Source: a virus
Strand: one strand, 5' to 3'
Length of the DNA: 64,000 nucleotides
IMG/VR virus record: IMGVR_UViG_3300025131_000006
This document shows, piece by piece, positions 28,982 through 38,622 of the stretch. Below the pieces are notes generated by a model. The model was not told the DNA's origin, ran no database searches, and was given only the letters and a program-made list of their open reading frames with translations. The position numbers and the translations under genes were made by a program. Position 1 is the first letter of the stretch. Each line of letters starts with the position of its first letter.

Positions 28982-28996
28982 GTTCAGTGACTGAAC
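28982..28996. repeat. palindrome copy 12
   Basis: GTTCAGTGACTGAAC. Confidence 0.9.
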
Positions 28997-29223
28997 GCTG
29001 GGGGGAGATTTTTGGAAAAATCACTTGAACGGAGGGCCGAGACGATGTATGTTGATTTTGGTTTGACGAAAGTAGATCTCCCGACCGACGATCGTCACAC
29101 TCGAAGAGAGTTGCCCAAGGAACCCGACCAAAGGGGCCAGCCAGTGGGATGTTGAGACCAAACATTGCGAGAGGCATCGACAACAACTCTTTTTTCAAAT
29201 GTCCATGGGGAAACCCAGAAAAG

Positions 29224-29255
29224 AAGCTCATCGGAGACGGTGGGCTTTTTTTTTT
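29224..29255 (+). terminator. Rho-independent terminator
   Basis: AAGCTCATC-loop-GGTGGGCTT stem followed by a long T run. Confidence 0.6.
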
Positions 29256-29715
29256 GGGTTTTTGCGAATAAGAACACTCGGACGATACTGGATCGGTGAG
29301 AGGGTCGTCAAGAAAAAAAGTGTGTGGGTGTTATATTTTTGTGGTGTGTATAATTTGTATTGAGAAAAAAACTTGTTTGGTGTGTATGACTTGTGTTACG
29401 AGTGGTGTGACGCAAGTGGGCACGGATCAAGTTTTCCATGACAAGAGTGCATATCTCCTAACGCCAGGTGTTATGTGTTGCGTGGGAACATTCCGATTGG
29501 TTGGTGTCAGGTAGCGTACAATACAAAAGAGCATTGCGAGGGAGTCGATTTGGGTGAACATCGGCTCCCTCGTCGTGTATGTGGGGTATGTGTTTGGGGG
29601 GTGGTAGGTCTGTGTATGGGTGGGTGTTGCGTATATATGTGTGAGTCCGTTGGTTTGGCGGGTCATGTAATATTGTGCATCATGTATAATGGGCATATTG
29701 CCGGGAGTTGTGAAG

Positions 29716-30378
29716 ATGAAAGAGACGAAAGTGAGTCCATCGTCGTTGCGTTTGTTTGGTGCGAGTGCGTTTGCGTCATTGGTGGGTGTGTTGAGTCCGT
29801 TCCGGGAGGGAGCGTTATTGGTGAGGGATTTGGGGTTGGAAGACGGTCCGGATGTGTTGGAGCGTTGGCGGGATCTTGTGGAGCAGCAGGTGTTGGACTC
29901 AACAACCGAGGAGGGTTGGTGTGATACGTTAGTTCATTTGATGTTCCCGGTGGGGGATCGTTATGCGAGCTTGGTATTGGACTTGGGAGATGCGTTGGAG
30001 GATGCGGTCGTAGAGAAAGCCACCAGGGGGATGGTCAGGGTGGTGGGTGCACGGTTGGGTGCGCGGGGTATTATATTGCTAAAGGTGGCGAATGCGTTGT
30101 TGTATAATGACGTCCCGAAGGAAGACAGGGAGGGTCGTGCGGCTCGTGATTTGAGGGAGTATGATCAAGTGGAAGAGATTCCGGAGTCGATGAAGGTGTT
30201 GGCTATTGTGATGTCGGGAATGGAGAGTCCGTCGGAGCGGTCGATCACATTGTTTCCGTTGGACAGTATGGGTGTTCCGCAAAGGGATGAGCGGGCGAGC
30301 GTTGAGGGAGACTTGGCTTTCGGGTTGAGCGAGAATGGAAAAATGGCAGTGGTTCACGAGAGAGACCCCCGTGTTTGA
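29716..30378 (+). CDS. hypothetical protein
   Basis: ORF with GGGAG RBS. Confidence 0.65.
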   Translation: MKETKVSPSSLRLFGASAFASLVGVLSPFREGALLVRDLGLEDGPDVLERWRDLVEQQVLDSTTEEGWCDTLVHLMFPVGDRYASLVLDLGDALEDAVVEKATRGMVRVVGARLGARGIILLKVANALLYNDVPKEDREGRAARDLREYDQVEEIPESMKVLAIVMSGMESPSERSITLFPLDSMGVPQRDERASVEGDLAFGLSENGKMAVVHERDPRV

Positions 30379-30498
30379 TTTGGTGTCGCAATAGGGGTGT
30401 TCGTCGGTTATTTATGGGCAGGGATTCACCGCAGGAATTTTTGTTACCCAAGCGAGGGTGGTTGTTACCACGTTCGTTGGCGACGCGGTGGGTCTCTA

Positions 30499-30554
30499 TT
30501 TCTTGAGTTGTTTCTTGAGTTGTTTCTTGAGTTGTTTCTTGAGTTGTTTCTTGA
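30499..30554. repeat. 12-bp tandem repeat (TTTCTTGAGTTG) x4.7, directly before a palindrome copy
   Basis: Read directly. Confidence 0.9.
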
Positions 30555-30558
30555 AAAA

Positions 30559-30573
30559 GTTCAGTGACTGAAC
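30559..30573. repeat. palindrome copy 13
   Basis: GTTCAGTGACTGAAC. Confidence 0.9.
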
Positions 30574-30593
30574 TTGCATGGTCTTTTTTCAGA

Positions 30594-30637
30594 TTTCAGA
30601 TTTGCACCGCAAAATAGAACGGGAAGAAAGACATTAC
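30594..30637 (+). promoter_or_regulatory. 44-bp conserved upstream element (copy 1)
   Basis: Identical to 40315-40358; variant at 45115-45149; TATAAT at 30671. Confidence 0.7.
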
Positions 30638-30694
30638 GGGGTACTTTGGCACGACCGAAGTGCCTTTTTTTATAATATTCAGGAGAAGAACCCG

Positions 30695-31762
30695 ATGGTT
30701 GAGATGAAAAAAGAGAACAGAGTTGGATTGGAAGAGTGGGACAGGGCTCGTCCGACGGCTCTTGATTACAAGGATCGGATCAAGGGGGCCTTGTGGGGTC
30801 TCGCGGTGGGAGATGCCCTTGGGGCACCGTATGAGTTCGACAGTCGAGATTCGCGTCGTATCGGCAGCTTGGACGTTTCAATGAGTTACGGCACGGGTGG
30901 TACGTGGAATGTCCGCGAGGGGGAGTGGACGGACGACACGGCGATGGCGTTGTGCGGTATCGAGTCTTTGTTGTTGTGGGGAGGGTTGAATCCGGATGAC
31001 TTGCTTCGTCGTTGGGTGGCGTGGTGGAGGAAGGGCTACATGAGTACTCGCGACGAGTGCTTTGACATCGGCACGACGACGTCGAGTGCCTTGTTGGAGT
31101 TCAGGAGGAGAGGCTTGTGGTATGAGGCGGGTCTCCAAAGTGGCGGTTCGGGGAATGGGTCGTTGATGCGGTTGGCTCCCTTTGTGCTTTGGTACGCGGA
31201 GCAGTCGGGCGACGTCGCAGTGGAAGCGGGTCGTATTTCGGGGAGACTGACGCACGGTTCGAGAGATTGCGACGACAGCGTGATGATCATGTCGCTCTTG
31301 ATGGAGGCGTTGGTGTCGGGTGAATACATGACGGGGGCTTTGTTGGAGTTGCCGGATTTGTTGTCGGATTGGGTGGGTGCACCGGGTCTGATGCGATTGT
31401 TGGATGGTTCGGTTATCGCGATGTCGCGGGAGCAAGTGAGGTCGGGCGGTTATTGCGTGGACACGTTGGTGGCAGCGGTGTGGTCGGTGTTGCAGTCCAC
31501 TTCGTTCTCGGAAGCGGTCGTTACGGCGATCCGTTTGGGTGGAGACACGGACACGGTGGCAGCGGTGGTTGGTCAGCTTGCGGGTCTCTTGTACGGGTGT
31601 TCGGGTATTCCCAGGAGGTGGATCGAAGGGTTGCTTTGTTATGATCGTGTGAATGCATACATCAATCGTTTCACGGACGTCGTGATAGAGTTGGGTGAGC
31701 ATGGCGAGACCACGTTCATGCCGCAGTGGATGGGAAGTCGGGTCTATTACGAGGGGCCTTAG
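30695..31762 (+). CDS. ADP-ribosylglycohydrolase (DraG/ARH family)
   Basis: GLAVGDALGAPYEF, GEWTDDT, DIGTTT, GNGSLMRLAP, LTHGS, GGDTDT. Confidence 0.95.
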   Translation: MVEMKKENRVGLEEWDRARPTALDYKDRIKGALWGLAVGDALGAPYEFDSRDSRRIGSLDVSMSYGTGGTWNVREGEWTDDTAMALCGIESLLLWGGLNPDDLLRRWVAWWRKGYMSTRDECFDIGTTTSSALLEFRRRGLWYEAGLQSGGSGNGSLMRLAPFVLWYAEQSGDVAVEAGRISGRLTHGSRDCDDSVMIMSLLMEALVSGEYMTGALLELPDLLSDWVGAPGLMRLLDGSVIAMSREQVRSGGYCVDTLVAAVWSVLQSTSFSEAVVTAIRLGGDTDTVAAVVGQLAGLLYGCSGIPRRWIEGLLCYDRVNAYINRFTDVVIELGEHGETTFMPQWMGSRVYYEGP

Positions 31763-31763
31763 C

Positions 31764-32345
31764 ATGACAAAGGCATGGGATGCGTTGGAGTTGGCCTTTC
31801 GGGGCCTGTCGGAGACTTCGGATGGCTCGGAAAAGAAAGAGTCTTCGGAGGTCTCGCCTGTGTCTGTCGTTCCATCTGTCGTTCCACCTGTCGTTCCACC
31901 TGTCGGTCGGGCGGATCTTCCAAGAATTCGTTCTGTGAAGGAGTTGTTGGCCCCCAAGGGTCGGTCGGAGGTAAGGCCAGTGGTCCCTGTGGCGTCTGTA
32001 ATGGCACCGGAGGAGCATGTTCGGGCGTATGGGTTCGTGTCGATCGATTGGGACCACGTGGAGGCTTGCAAGGCGGTCGGGAACAAAGAGAGGAGGGTGC
32101 CGAGAGAGTGGACGAAGCGGGAGGTGTCTTTGATCGAGTGGTTTCGGGCTGTTCGGTTAGAGGGAGTGTTGCCGACGAAGCCGTTCTGGTTGAATGCTTG
32201 CAGTTGGCTATCAGAGCCGAGCAAGTATTACGAATGGATGGAGTCCAGGATACGCCGAGGCCCGATGTCCAAGAGGTTTGACAGATTGTTGGATAAGTTG
32301 GAGGAGTTGCGTCGGGCAGCGAAGAGGATACGAGGAACAGGGTAG
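31764..32345 (+). CDS. hypothetical protein
   Basis: ORF starting right after the ARH stop. Confidence 0.65.
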   Translation: MTKAWDALELAFRGLSETSDGSEKKESSEVSPVSVVPSVVPPVVPPVGRADLPRIRSVKELLAPKGRSEVRPVVPVASVMAPEEHVRAYGFVSIDWDHVEACKAVGNKERRVPREWTKREVSLIEWFRAVRLEGVLPTKPFWLNACSWLSEPSKYYEWMESRIRRGPMSKRFDRLLDKLEELRRAAKRIRGTG

Positions 32346-32446
32346 ATATTTTGGGGGAGGTGTCTCGTTTGGTTGTCGATGTGTATATATATATTGCGGA
32401 AAAGATGGCAGCAACGCATACTTGATTGGGTAACAAAGAGGTAGTC

Positions 32447-33373
32447 ATGAGCTTTATAGACAAGCCGATTCAATGGGACATGTCGAAAGACGACGCGGCA
32501 AAATCAATCCACGAGAGGTTCCGCAATCGTCAGTTTTGGTTGGAGGTTGTGTGTGAGACGCCCTTAGAAGGGGCGGACTACCCGAAGATGCTTGATGTTG
32601 CCCGTGACAAGGCACGTCGAGTGGACGTGCCACGATCGTCGGATGAGTTTCTTGATGAGATTCGCACTTCTCGACCCCGTAAGCTCTGCGTGTTCAAGGG
32701 TTTCAAGAAAGGCCCGTACACGTGGTGGGCGGCGATCGTGGAGTTCGGCGATCCGACGATTCGAAGAATGCTTCGTTCGCGAGTCGAAAAGTCCGAAGAC
32801 GATTTGGTTCCGGGGGTTGAAGAGCGTCGGGTTTACGCACTCTTTAACGGTTGGACGTCAAGGCGTGGCACGGAGGCTGTCTTGGTGGATTACTCTGGTT
32901 CGAGCGAGATTATGGGAAAAACCCATACGGTGACGGATGCCCGCGAGTTCATGCAGTACATGCTGGATGCTCGCGTGGGAGACCGCGTGACGGACGGTTA
33001 CGGACCATCTTTTGAGTTGGAAGACATTGATCTTGGCTCGTCGGAGTTGCCTCGCATCGAGGGATTGCCTCCGGTTGTTCCGAGAGAACGTAAGCCGACA
33101 GGACGCAAGTCTTGGGAAGAGGAGCATCGACCGTGGGAGGACGAAGAGGAAGACGATGACGACATGGAAGTCTTGTCTCGACGCCCCCGAACGGAGTCGA
33201 GATCCGATAGAGAAGAGAGCAGCGGGTTCGAAGAACACAAACGTCGAAAAGCGACGGAAGATTCGAAGGGATCGGATTTTTGGGGTCGCACCGAGCCAGA
33301 GGGTGCCCCTGATGCGGGAGTTACCGACCTGGAAAAAGCGGCTCGTAATCGCAGAAAGTCTTCGGATTGGTAA
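32447..33373 (+). CDS. hypothetical protein with C-terminal tag LEKAARNRRKSSDW*
   Basis: ORF with GAGG RBS; acidic disordered linker before the tag. Confidence 0.8.
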   Translation: MSFIDKPIQWDMSKDDAAKSIHERFRNRQFWLEVVCETPLEGADYPKMLDVARDKARRVDVPRSSDEFLDEIRTSRPRKLCVFKGFKKGPYTWWAAIVEFGDPTIRRMLRSRVEKSEDDLVPGVEERRVYALFNGWTSRRGTEAVLVDYSGSSEIMGKTHTVTDAREFMQYMLDARVGDRVTDGYGPSFELEDIDLGSSELPRIEGLPPVVPRERKPTGRKSWEEEHRPWEDEEEDDDDMEVLSRRPRTESRSDREESSGFEEHKRRKATEDSKGSDFWGRTEPEGAPDAGVTDLEKAARNRRKSSDW

Positions 33374-33390
33374 GCTAGATACGGGAGGAT

Positions 33391-35529
33391 GTGTTGCGGG
33401 AACAGATGAGTCTGCCCCTTATGCCCCCAAAGGGACGTCAAGATGAAGCAGTGGTGGAGATTGGGGCTTTGCCCCGGCTCCCGCCTGCGGGTCGTAGTGA
33501 CTTGGAGTTGGTGGAGGAGGAGCCGAAGTCGTCTGTGCGGGTTCGGTTCCGGGGTGCGTACTTTTACGTCCATCCTGCGAGTCAGTTGAGCATAGAGGTT
33601 GAGCGTTCTATCTCTTTTCAACGCAAAGGATTCGAGAAGACTTTTACTTACCAAAAGGGTAAGTGGGATGGGTACACTTCGTTGTTCAAGCGTGTCCGAG
33701 GGGAGGACACCTTGGAGGTTCCGATTGGGATGTATCCGCAGTTTGCGGCGGGGTGCGATCTGCACGGCGTCAGCGTCGTGGTTGACAATAGTCGAATGCG
33801 TCCGATGTCTGTGGTGCCTCCGAACTTGGAGTGGTGGAGGCTCCAGGGGAAAGACGGGGAGATTGAGCTATACGATTATCAGTTGGACACGGTGGGGCAT
33901 ACGACCTACGATGAGGACGTGTATAAGCTCTCCCCGGAGAAAGCAGAAGAGTTGTCGAGTGGCCTTGGGTTGTTGACGCGATACAGGGTCAATGGTTGCG
34001 GTATTTGGCGATCGGCGACGGGATCAGGGAAGACGACAGCCGTGGCGGGATTGATCCAAAAGCTTGGTGTCCGCGTTGTTTTTGTGGTGTACGGTACAGA
34101 GTTAGTGGAACAAACGGCGGAGAGGTTTAAGCAGATGTTGGCTCCGTGGCTTGAGCGTCACGGGTTGGATGTGGAAGACGCGATCCGTGTGTGCAACAAG
34201 AAAAGCACGGAGTTTGGGCTCATTACAGTTGCGGGGTCGTCGCTCTTGGCGGCAGCACTCAATAGGCCGGAAGCTGTGAAGCGAGAGGCAGGTCGCTTGT
34301 CAAGTGCTGCGATGGATCTGCTTGATCCTGCATTGTTTCGATCGGATGAAGAAAAGGAGGCGATCGAGAAGATGCGGGACTTCGTCTCGAAGTGGTTTCG
34401 TGTGTGCAGGAAAGAGAGCTACGATAAGGCAATTCGGGACTTCGGGGATGATTGGAAGGGGTTGTCGGAAGACGTGTTAGATGAGCCATTCCGATTGGTG
34501 GGTGGTACGTTTTTGATGCGTCAGTCTTCTGGCGACCTTACAGAGGAGACGCAGACGGAGTTCTATGAGAGGTTGTCGAAGGTTTTTCTCTCGATGCACA
34601 CTCTCCCAAGGAGGGCGAAAAAAGCACTCTCTCGAAGAGATCAGGTTGCTTCGGGGCTACAGAGAGCAGGTTTGTTGATCGGCGACGAGGTCCACCTGGC
34701 AGGCGGCAAGGGTTATCACGAGGTGTTGATGGCTTGCCCGGCGTATTATCGCGTAGGGATGTCAGGAACGCCATTAGAGCGGACGGATGGCCAGAACATT
34801 AGGGTGATCGCTGGATTCGGCGAGATCTTGTCGCATGTTTCCAACAAGGACATGCAAGAGGCGGATGTTGTCCCGAACGTCAACATCAACTTTGTCTCGA
34901 CCAAAGGGGGTCCATCGATCAAATTGTCAAAGGGGTGGCTTTGGAATGACGTAGTGGATCTCGGAATATCTGGGTATTCATTGAGAAACGACATCATTTC
35001 GTTCTTGGTGCATCGTGCATACCTCGCGAACAAGCAGTCATTGGTGCTGTTCCGGTCTCGTGTTCATGGAGAGAACTTGTCCGTGTTTTTGGATGTATGG
35101 GGAGTTCCCCACACTAAGTTGGACGGTCGCTCACCAATGGAAGATCGTTTGGCGGCATTGGATAGGTTTCGTAGCGGTACGGAGTTGGCGTTGGTCGCGA
35201 GCGATATTTTTGGGACAGGTATCGACATCCCCGATGGTTTTGATCTTTTGATTAACGCAGGGGGTGGGAAGGGAAGATCGAAGGACGACGATCGCGGCGG
35301 GATAAAGATTTTGCAGCGATTGGGTAGAGGTTTGCGTGGAGATTCGGACCATACTTTGGAGTTTTGGGACTTCTACGACGACCATTTGTGGAGATTGGCT
35401 CAACATGGAGAGAGCCGATTCAAATTGTATGAAGAGCAAGATTGTTTTACGATGCAAGATGTTTCGTGGAGGGATTTGCTCCCTCCCGAAGTGATTGCTC
35501 GGTATGAACCAGAAGGGAGTTTGTTGTGA
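33391..35529 (+). CDS. superfamily 2 DNA helicase (UvsW/XPB-like)
   Basis: SATGSGKT, DEVH, SGT, GTGIDIP, QRLGRGLR. Confidence 0.92.
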   Translation: MLREQMSLPLMPPKGRQDEAVVEIGALPRLPPAGRSDLELVEEEPKSSVRVRFRGAYFYVHPASQLSIEVERSISFQRKGFEKTFTYQKGKWDGYTSLFKRVRGEDTLEVPIGMYPQFAAGCDLHGVSVVVDNSRMRPMSVVPPNLEWWRLQGKDGEIELYDYQLDTVGHTTYDEDVYKLSPEKAEELSSGLGLLTRYRVNGCGIWRSATGSGKTTAVAGLIQKLGVRVVFVVYGTELVEQTAERFKQMLAPWLERHGLDVEDAIRVCNKKSTEFGLITVAGSSLLAAALNRPEAVKREAGRLSSAAMDLLDPALFRSDEEKEAIEKMRDFVSKWFRVCRKESYDKAIRDFGDDWKGLSEDVLDEPFRLVGGTFLMRQSSGDLTEETQTEFYERLSKVFLSMHTLPRRAKKALSRRDQVASGLQRAGLLIGDEVHLAGGKGYHEVLMACPAYYRVGMSGTPLERTDGQNIRVIAGFGEILSHVSNKDMQEADVVPNVNINFVSTKGGPSIKLSKGWLWNDVVDLGISGYSLRNDIISFLVHRAYLANKQSLVLFRSRVHGENLSVFLDVWGVPHTKLDGRSPMEDRLAALDRFRSGTELALVASDIFGTGIDIPDGFDLLINAGGGKGRSKDDDRGGIKILQRLGRGLRGDSDHTLEFWDFYDDHLWRLAQHGESRFKLYEEQDCFTMQDVSWRDLLPPEVIARYEPEGSLL

Positions 35530-36053
35530 GCCAAAAAAATGGTGACGCGAAAGTTGTGTCTGTGGTTGAAGAGCCGATGCGAGATCCGATAGTTTATGTC
35601 GAGGGGGTGGGGTCTGTTCCTCCTGAGATTGCCAAGCAATTGGTGTATGCGTGGAGGGCATTGTTGATGTCTTTGCGGGCCGAGGGGAAGTTCGAGGGAG
35701 ATGTTCCGCGAGCCTTTACAGCTAAGATGTCACCGAATGGATCGGTGTCCTTGGAGCCGTTTCATATGCCCACAGGGGTGGTGATAGGTGGCGAGGAGGT
35801 GAGCTTGGACGGTCCATTGGAGCATATGTTCCGACCGGCACCTCGTCTAGACGCTTCCTTGGCTCCGACTCTCCCTCGCAATGGATTGGGGTCTTCGCCG
35901 ACGCACTTGGACATGGAGATGGAGTCTCGTAGGTCGGCTCGACGTCGTCGTGCTGTTGGTGGTGCTGAGTTGGTGGGCTCCAAGGTTCCCGATGCTTCGG
36001 GTCAACATCGTGCGTTGGTCTCTGATGGTGGAGAGGTAGAGGTTGTCTCATGA
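35526..36053 (+). CDS. hypothetical protein
   Basis: GTGA-coupled ORF. Confidence 0.65.
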   Translation: MSQKNGDAKVVSVVEEPMRDPIVYVEGVGSVPPEIAKQLVYAWRALLMSLRAEGKFEGDVPRAFTAKMSPNGSVSLEPFHMPTGVVIGGEEVSLDGPLEHMFRPAPRLDASLAPTLPRNGLGSSPTHLDMEMESRRSARRRRAVGGAELVGSKVPDASGQHRALVSDGGEVEVVS

Positions 36054-36769
36054 GCGGGGTGAGAGACTTGTTCAAGGTGGCTTTGCCTGTGAAGCTCGCC
36101 AGGAAAGAGATCAAGAGAGAGGTTAGAGGTCTCAATTTGGGACGTGGCCGCAGGAAGAAGGAGAAGAGAGCCACCAGGACGGAGATGATTCGCAGGACAC
36201 ACGAGGGTCGTATTCTGGTGCCAGATCGTCGAGATCGAGAGGCACGGATGGAGGCGGCTCGTGTAGCCCAAGCTTTCGCAGAGAAGCACGCCAGGTACTT
36301 CGGCAGTCGCCAATGCGATTGGCAGAGGATGATGGAGAATCCCGGTGCGGTGGGGTGCTTCTCTCGTGCTGCCGCATATGCGTCCGAGTTGACTTGTTCG
36401 GCTTCGGATTTTGTGGAGGCACAGTTTTGGTATTTTGATAAATACGTGGGCCAGGTTCCCGACATAAAGAATTTGGCGGCACCAGATGCTGTCTCCCGGT
36501 ATAGTATTTGGAAGGAGTCTAGAGAGTCGGGTGAGGCGCCGGATGCGACGGTTTATCCGGCAGTGGGAGGGAGGGTCGCAAAATTAACAGATGACGAAAT
36601 GCGGGGCTATGAGGAGTCTTCCTTGCGTCGAATGGTCTCTCGATGGGGTTCGGAAGATAAAGTGTGGGAGTTGTTTGGACAGGAGGACGATGTTTTCTCT
36701 TTGGCTTTTCGGGAGAGCCGGGGGTCTTGGCAGCGTATGTACGGAACAGGAGACCTTGAAAAAGTTTAG
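36050..36769 (+). CDS. hypothetical protein in the replication cluster
   Basis: ATGA-coupled 239-aa ORF. Confidence 0.7.
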   Translation: MSGVRDLFKVALPVKLARKEIKREVRGLNLGRGRRKKEKRATRTEMIRRTHEGRILVPDRRDREARMEAARVAQAFAEKHARYFGSRQCDWQRMMENPGAVGCFSRAAAYASELTCSASDFVEAQFWYFDKYVGQVPDIKNLAAPDAVSRYSIWKESRESGEAPDATVYPAVGGRVAKLTDDEMRGYEESSLRRMVSRWGSEDKVWELFGQEDDVFSLAFRESRGSWQRMYGTGDLEKV

Positions 36770-36778
36770 TCACTGAAC
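36764..36778. repeat. palindrome copy 14
   Basis: GTTTAGTCACTGAAC, overlaps a TAG stop. Confidence 0.9.
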
Positions 36779-36888
36779 GCACAGGTGCTTCTCTTGCTGT
36801 GCTCTTGTGTTCTTCACATGTCGCTATATCCGTATTTTATTGTATATATAGAGCGACAGTACAACGTTCGAGAGTAGAGGTTGAGATC

Positions 36889-37119
36889 ATGATTAAAGTA
36901 TCGACATTGGCAATCAAAGGACACCAGGCATTGGTGATGACCCCGACAGGAAGATTGATTGTTTTGAAGTTCGACAAGCCCCTGCCGGATGGGTATGAAG
37001 TCAAGATGTTGGATGAGGAGCCTCCGGAGGCTGACGTGTGGCACGGAGGGGAAGACTTGGTTGTGCCTGTTTTTCCTGCATTTGAAGCGTCTGATATGCC
37101 GGACATGCCGAGCGTTTAA
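36889..37119 (+). CDS. hypothetical protein
   Basis: GAGG RBS. Confidence 0.5.
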   Translation: MIKVSTLAIKGHQALVMTPTGRLIVLKFDKPLPDGYEVKMLDEEPPEADVWHGGEDLVVPVFPAFEASDMPDMPSV

Positions 37120-37221
37120 TAAAAAAATGTCGAGGTGTTGTCATCTGTGGGTATATGACAATAGGTCACATAGAAGATCGGATCATATGCACCACACGAT
37201 TCGCTGTGCGCGATAGGAGGG

Positions 37222-38607
37222 TTGATGGTAACACCGGGAGTTGCGGGTCCAGAGGCGTTTGAGAAATTTGCCTTTGGCGACGGTATGCAGAAAGACGTGC
37301 TGCGATTGATGGCACGAGAGCAGTTGTTTTCGGAGGCTTCGGTTCATTGGATTGAGCCGAAGTACTTCGGGACAGGGGCACAGAGATGGATGGCCAAGGC
37401 CCAAATCCGTTTCTTTGAAAGATACATGATGCCGCCAACAAAGAGCGAAGTGTTGGAGGTTTTGCGCAAGTCACAGGTGTTGGGCGAGGTAACCGATGTC
37501 TTGGTTTCGGACATCTCTCGCTTGACGGGGGAGATATACGACGAGCCGTTGTCGGGGTCTCGCGAGTTTACATTGGACTCCGTCAGGGGGTTTGCTCGCA
37601 AAAGAGCGTGGCAGTCGGCCATATTGGAGGCTCTGCCTTATTTGGAGATGGGAGATGCCGATCGGGTTGATCTGATCATGGAGCGAGCCAAGTCGTCCGT
37701 GTATGATTTGGAAGCGGGCGGGTATTGGCTGTTCGAGACTGTAGAGGAGAGAGCCCGGCGAAGGGCAATGGACGAGGAGACCGGGGGGGATGTGTTTCCT
37801 TTGGGGATACCTCCGCTAGACCTGGCTTTACGCCGGGGCGGCATTGGTCCTGGGGAAGTCGTTATGTGGATCGCGGAGAAAGGGGGCGGGAAATCAATTG
37901 CCTTGTGCCATACGGCTCGACACGCTGTCTTCTCCCATGGTCGCGTCGCGATATTTTCGTTCGAGATGGCCGAGGAGCAGATCGCAGATCGCTTGGATGC
38001 GGGATTCGGTGGCGTCAGCATGTGGAGTATGGTCGCCGAGCAAGAGAAAATGATGGAGAACTTGCGGTTTTTAACAGGCAGGTTCCCGCGCAGCGTCTTT
38101 ATTCGCCGTTACCCCACCAAGGGAGCAACCATATCGGACATAAAAAGATGCTTGGACTCTCTGCGGAGGCAGCACAGTTGGACGCCTCACGTTATCGTTT
38201 TGGACTATTCTTCGATCGTCCGTCCTTCTCGATCGCGAGAGAGAAAGAACGAGGAGCTTCAGGAAGTCGTCGAGGATTTTCGTGGATTGTGTGTTGAGGT
38301 GGGTGCTGCGGGCTACACAGCAGCGCAACTGAATCGGATGGGAGCAGCACGTCGTGTCGCAGATGGAACGCATGCAGCGGGTTCTTGGGACCAACTTGCT
38401 ACGGTCGATTACTCATATATTATCAATCAAACATTGGAGGAGCGGGAGCGAAACATGATTCGTATCTTGATAGAGAAAGCTCGCGATGGCCTCTCCAAGT
38501 TAGAGATTGGGCCTCTGGAGACTGAATGGGCCAAGATGAGATTTATCGCTCCCATCCACGCACCTCCGTGGGAGATCCGTGAAAAGTACGGCATTTACTT
38601 CAAGTAG
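37222..38607 (+). CDS. dnaB: replicative DnaB-like (SF4) helicase
   Basis: Walker A AEKGGGKS, FSFEM, IVLDY, TAAQLNR, IEKARDG. Confidence 0.9.
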   Translation: MMVTPGVAGPEAFEKFAFGDGMQKDVLRLMAREQLFSEASVHWIEPKYFGTGAQRWMAKAQIRFFERYMMPPTKSEVLEVLRKSQVLGEVTDVLVSDISRLTGEIYDEPLSGSREFTLDSVRGFARKRAWQSAILEALPYLEMGDADRVDLIMERAKSSVYDLEAGGYWLFETVEERARRRAMDEETGGDVFPLGIPPLDLALRRGGIGPGEVVMWIAEKGGGKSIALCHTARHAVFSHGRVAIFSFEMAEEQIADRLDAGFGGVSMWSMVAEQEKMMENLRFLTGRFPRSVFIRRYPTKGATISDIKRCLDSLRRQHSWTPHVIVLDYSSIVRPSRSRERKNEELQEVVEDFRGLCVEVGAAGYTAAQLNRMGAARRVADGTHAAGSWDQLATVDYSYIINQTLEERERNMIRILIEKARDGLSKLEIGPLETEWAKMRFIAPIHAPPWEIREKYGIYFK

Positions 38608-38622
38608 AGGCAGGCGACGAAC

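Noticed and set aside
28161-29231. 356-aa minus-strand ORF and other His/Thr/Pro- or Val/Trp/Gly-rich ORFs (8804-10425, 28449-29028)
   Set aside because: Their composition mirrors the extreme strand skew, which depletes stop codons, and they have no convincing RBS or motifs.
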